In this document: positions 60,275 to 64,000 of the stretch, piece by piece
Position numbering within the stretch: position 1 is the stretch's first letter
Layout of the letters: every line of letters starts with the position of its first letter
Assembly (NCBI RefSeq): GCF_001194135.2
Contig: NC_068983.1
Span: 96,701,429 to 96,765,428 of the forward strand
Reading direction: 5' to 3'
Source: Octopus bimaculoides
Lineage: Eukaryota
Length of the DNA: 64,000 nucleotides
Made by a program: the position numbers and the translations under genes
The notes under the pieces: model-generated
The model's database searches: none
What the model saw: the letters and a program-made list of their open reading frames with translations, nothing else
What the model was told of the DNA's origin: nothing

Positions 60275-63200
60275 GTTATCTTAAGGTATAGAAGCGGAAG
60301 AGGCTACTTACAGTAATTTAGTTGGCAAGGAGAGATGGATGTTCTGTCCCCGTTGGTATGTGTGGATGTTTCAACGAGCAGTTCTTTATATATTCTTATA
60401 TTTTTGTTTCTTTGGAAAGCCCCTACTCGTTCATAGTATTTTGTTTTGACGGTGTTTTATGTGCGTTGTCATGTTTGTATGAGTTCAATATGTGTTGGTG
60501 TGTTATTTCTTGGTGAGATAAAATCAGTGTGTGTGATGTCTGTATGGTTATATACGTTATCCATAAGTTTTTTGTTGTTAGTGNNNNNNNNNNNNNNNNN
60601 NNNNNNNNNNNNNNNNNNNNNNNNNNNNNNNNNNNNNNNNNNNNNNNNNNNNNNNNNNNNNNNNNNNNNNNNNNNNNNNNNNNNNNNNNNNNNNNNNNNN
60701 NNNNNNNNNNNNNNNNNNNNNNNNNNNNNNNNNNNNNNNNNNNNNNNNNNNNNNNNNNNNNNNNNNNNNNNNNNNNNNNNNNNNNNNNNNNNNNNNNNNN
60801 NNNNNNNNNNNNNNNNNNNNNNNNNNNNNNNNNNNNNNNNNNNNNNNNNNNNNNNNNNNNNNNNNNNNNNNNNGTGAGTGTGTGTGTGTTTTACAACTAT
60901 GTACCATATTTGTATGTATAGATGTGTATCTCCATATGTGTGGACATGTATCTCTATGTGTCCTTGTGTGAAGTAAAGTGTGTGTGTATATGTGGTCATG
61001 TGTTTCCCTCTTCATTTGTGTATGTATGCGTATATGTGCTTGTCTGTTCATATAACCTATGTACCTAACCGTCTGTATGTTGATCTGTTTACTTTCATAT
61101 CCATATGCTTACATACATGTGCATTGCATATACATATATATGCATACACTCACACACACACATACATCTATCTACATAACAGCCCACTAACTATTCTACT
61201 CTACCTGTGTAAACTGGGTATGGGTGTATGATATCTACTATGTGCATTTCCTATTTATTACATAGTGGTAAAACACACACACACACATACACATGCACAC
61301 ACAAGGAGACAGAGGTACACAAACATATACAAGCACACAATCAGGCATACATAAAAACACACAAACACGGACACGCAAACACTTGAATATGCAGAATACA
61401 TACATACAAATGTACAGACGTACATACATAAATACATGCATACACACACAAGCATGCATACATACATACATGCATATGCACACACACGTACACTAACCCA
61501 CACAAATGTGCACAAACAAACAGCAAGGAACGCAGTGTGAATAACGGACAGAGTCAAAAATCTATTGAAAAGGTAGCAAGATGCAACGAAAATTTTAGAA
61601 AAATAAAGCAGGAAATAAGTGGAAATTTTACCGAAAGAGAATTACTCTTCCCAGACACAACAGAATATACTTCAACACACGACCTCACATAAAGAATCCT
61701 GTAAACCAAATCCAAAAACGAAATATATATNNNNNNNNNNNNNNNNNNNNNNNNNNNNNNNNNNNNNNNNNNNNNNNNNNNNNNNNNNNNNNNNNNNNNN
61801 NNNNNNNNNNNNNNNNNNNNNNNNNNNNNNNNNNNNNNNNNNNNNNNNNNNNNNNNNNNNNNNNNNNNNNNNNNNNNNNNNNNNNNNNNNNNNNNNNNNN
61901 NNNNNNNNNNNNNNNNNNNNNNNNNNNNNNNNNNNNNNNNNNNNNNNNNNNNNNNNNNNNNNNNNNNNNNNNNNNNNNNNNNNNNNNNNNNNNNNNNNNN
62001 NNNNNNNNNNNNNNNNNNNNNNNNNNNNNNNNNNNNNNNNNNNNNNNNNNNNNNNNNNNNNNNNNNNNNNNNNNNNNNNNNNNNNNNNNNNNNNNNNNNN
62101 NNNNNNNNNNNNNNNNNNNNNNNNNNNNNNNNNNNNNNNNNNNNNNNNNNNNNNNNNNNNNNNNNNNNNNNNNNNNNNNNNNNNNNNNNNNNNNNNNNNN
62201 NNNNNNNNNNNNNNNNNNNNNNNNNNNNNNNNNNNNNNNNNNNNNNNNNNNNNNNNNNNNNNNNNNNNNNNNNNNNNNNNNNNNNNNNNNNNNNNNNNNN
62301 NNNNNNNNNNNNNNNNNNNNNNNNNNNNNNNNNNNNNNNNNNNNNNNNNNNNNNNNNNNNNNNNNNNNNNNNNNNNNNNNNNNNNNNNNNNNNNNNNNNN
62401 NNNNNNNNNNNNNNNNNNNNNNNNNNNNNNNNNNNNNNNNNNNNNNNNNNNNNNNNNNNNNNNNNNNNNNNNNNNNNNNNNNNNNNNNNNNNNNNNNNNN
62501 NNNNNNNNNNNNNNNNNNNNNNNNNNNNNNNNNTTAAGGAAAGGGAAAAAACAGAACTAATATTTTTGATCTTGTTCGGCTCTATGAATTTTATTTTTCT
62601 TTAAATGCTTTCGTCCATTACTTGGTACAAGAAAAAAGAAATTGGAAAAACCCTGACCAAAACAGAGAAATTGTAACTTAACAAAAAAAAGTAGAAAGAG
62701 AAAGAAAAAGTTGCATTCGAAAGCCAAAAGATGTTTTTTTTTTTAGTTGTAATTTTATAATAAAAACAACTTCAAAATTTGAATTTCGGCACATAAGACT
62801 TAGCATGTTATCTGGTGTATGGCCGAATTGAAATGGGTAGAAGACCTAAAACAAATGTGTGTGTGTGTGTGTGTGTTAGTGAGTGGTTGGCCCCTTAATA
62901 GGTAGGAGTCCGTTTCAGTTCAATCGTAGAGAGGAATTCAGATACCTATCAGCTACTCCCTATCACTCTCTCTTTCTCTCTCCCTTGCTCGATACACGCG
63001 TCAAAGTATCTCAATTTTCTCATTAAAATCGTTGCTGCTTCGGTGGCCCAATAGGCATCGATGTGGAGAAGTAATAATATAACACGTAGGTGGTGGTTTC
63101 AAATCTCTTCCAGAAATTACAAGAGATTTAGTTAAAAGTTGTTATTCAAGCAACAAAATTTCTTTCAACAATTTCTTTCTCTTAAGCGTGACACACGCGT

Positions 63201-63465
63201 CAGATACGTACAAAAAACAAAATGGAGTATTATTATTATTGATAATATTAATAATAATAATAATATGTATAGTAAATACACAAACGAGAGGTAAAAGCGT
63301 GTAAGGTATTTTTGTGCAGAAACGGACAGAAGACAGACATAGAAGGTTCCTCATTCTTGATCAGTTACCAACCAGATGGTATAACTTAATCGAAGAAACA
63401 AGTATGGTGAGGCGAATATCTTAAATTTTGGCTTTGTTTGCAGTAGACTTGGCTGAAGAAACATA

Positions 63466-63795
63466 AGCGCCGCCTGGCGCAAATCCAGAAACTGACTTTA
63501 AGATATCTGCCATTCCTTTTGCGATCTTTACGGAGGTCAGACCCATGACTTTTATTCGCCGCCCGCGTTTCACCATGCTTGTTTTAAGTGTGACTTAGTT
63601 TAGGGGTTTATTTGACTCCTGTTTCTAGCGAAGCCGGTATTTTGCAGCACCATAATTATATATATATACATATATATATAAATAACTTTCGAACAGATAG
63701 TCAGCAGCGCCGCCTGGCTAGGGCTTGGCTGCTCTGCATTGACAAGGGGCAACACCCTGAAACTAGTCTGCAGATGCCAAACCAGCAGGGGGACA
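63466..63795. promoter_or_regulatory. Cluster of CTCF-like motifs (tentative)
   Basis: AGCGCCGCCTGGC occurs exactly twice (63466-63478, 63706-63718) and CCAGCAGGGGGACA once (63782-63795); each resembles the CCASYAGRKGGCRS consensus with mismatches. Confidence 0.3.
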
Positions 63796-64000
63796 CTGCT
63801 GACCTCCCCTGTTCGAAGGTTATAAAGGACACAGGTTTCGTGTGTCACATAGCTAGCTAGAGGCGATGGCTTCTTGGAGCTAATTCACGGCAGCTTTCGT
63901 CCTAATTTTGGGACTGCCATGTTGGCTTGGCGATAACTATTAATTTCCAGTACCGCTGTCGTAGTCTCCTTTAGAGAGACTTAGAAATATTAATAACTCT

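Overview
AT-rich animal genomic DNA, dense in microsatellites, with 13 assembly gaps (about 5.9 kb of N, mostly abutting (TA)n or similar runs). The SINE families look like those I recall from octopus, so a coleoid cephalopod is my inference, not a verified assignment. I found no convincing host-gene exon, tRNA gene, rRNA or CRISPR array; the window reads as intergenic or intronic DNA built largely of mobile-element remnants. It contains tRNA-derived SINEs (labelled A, B/D and C here for convenience), two Dong/R4-type and two L1/Tx1-type LINE fragments, and a probable CR1-like fragment. DNA elements include a full-length but dead Tc1 with DD36E spacing, mariner and Tigger remnants, a Buster-type hAT MITE family, a MITE with an apparent 5-bp TSD and a Helentron-type HINE. 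Two observations stand out. First, there are two independent (TAA)n hubs (1.1-3.0 kb and 23.5-25.3 kb) where unrelated retroelements are chained through TAA repeats, each with the junction SINE-A(-) / TAA / 5'-truncated Dong(+). Second, there are fold-back elements, one of which (33.2-33.3 kb) carries degenerate minimal hammerhead-ribozyme motifs on both strands.
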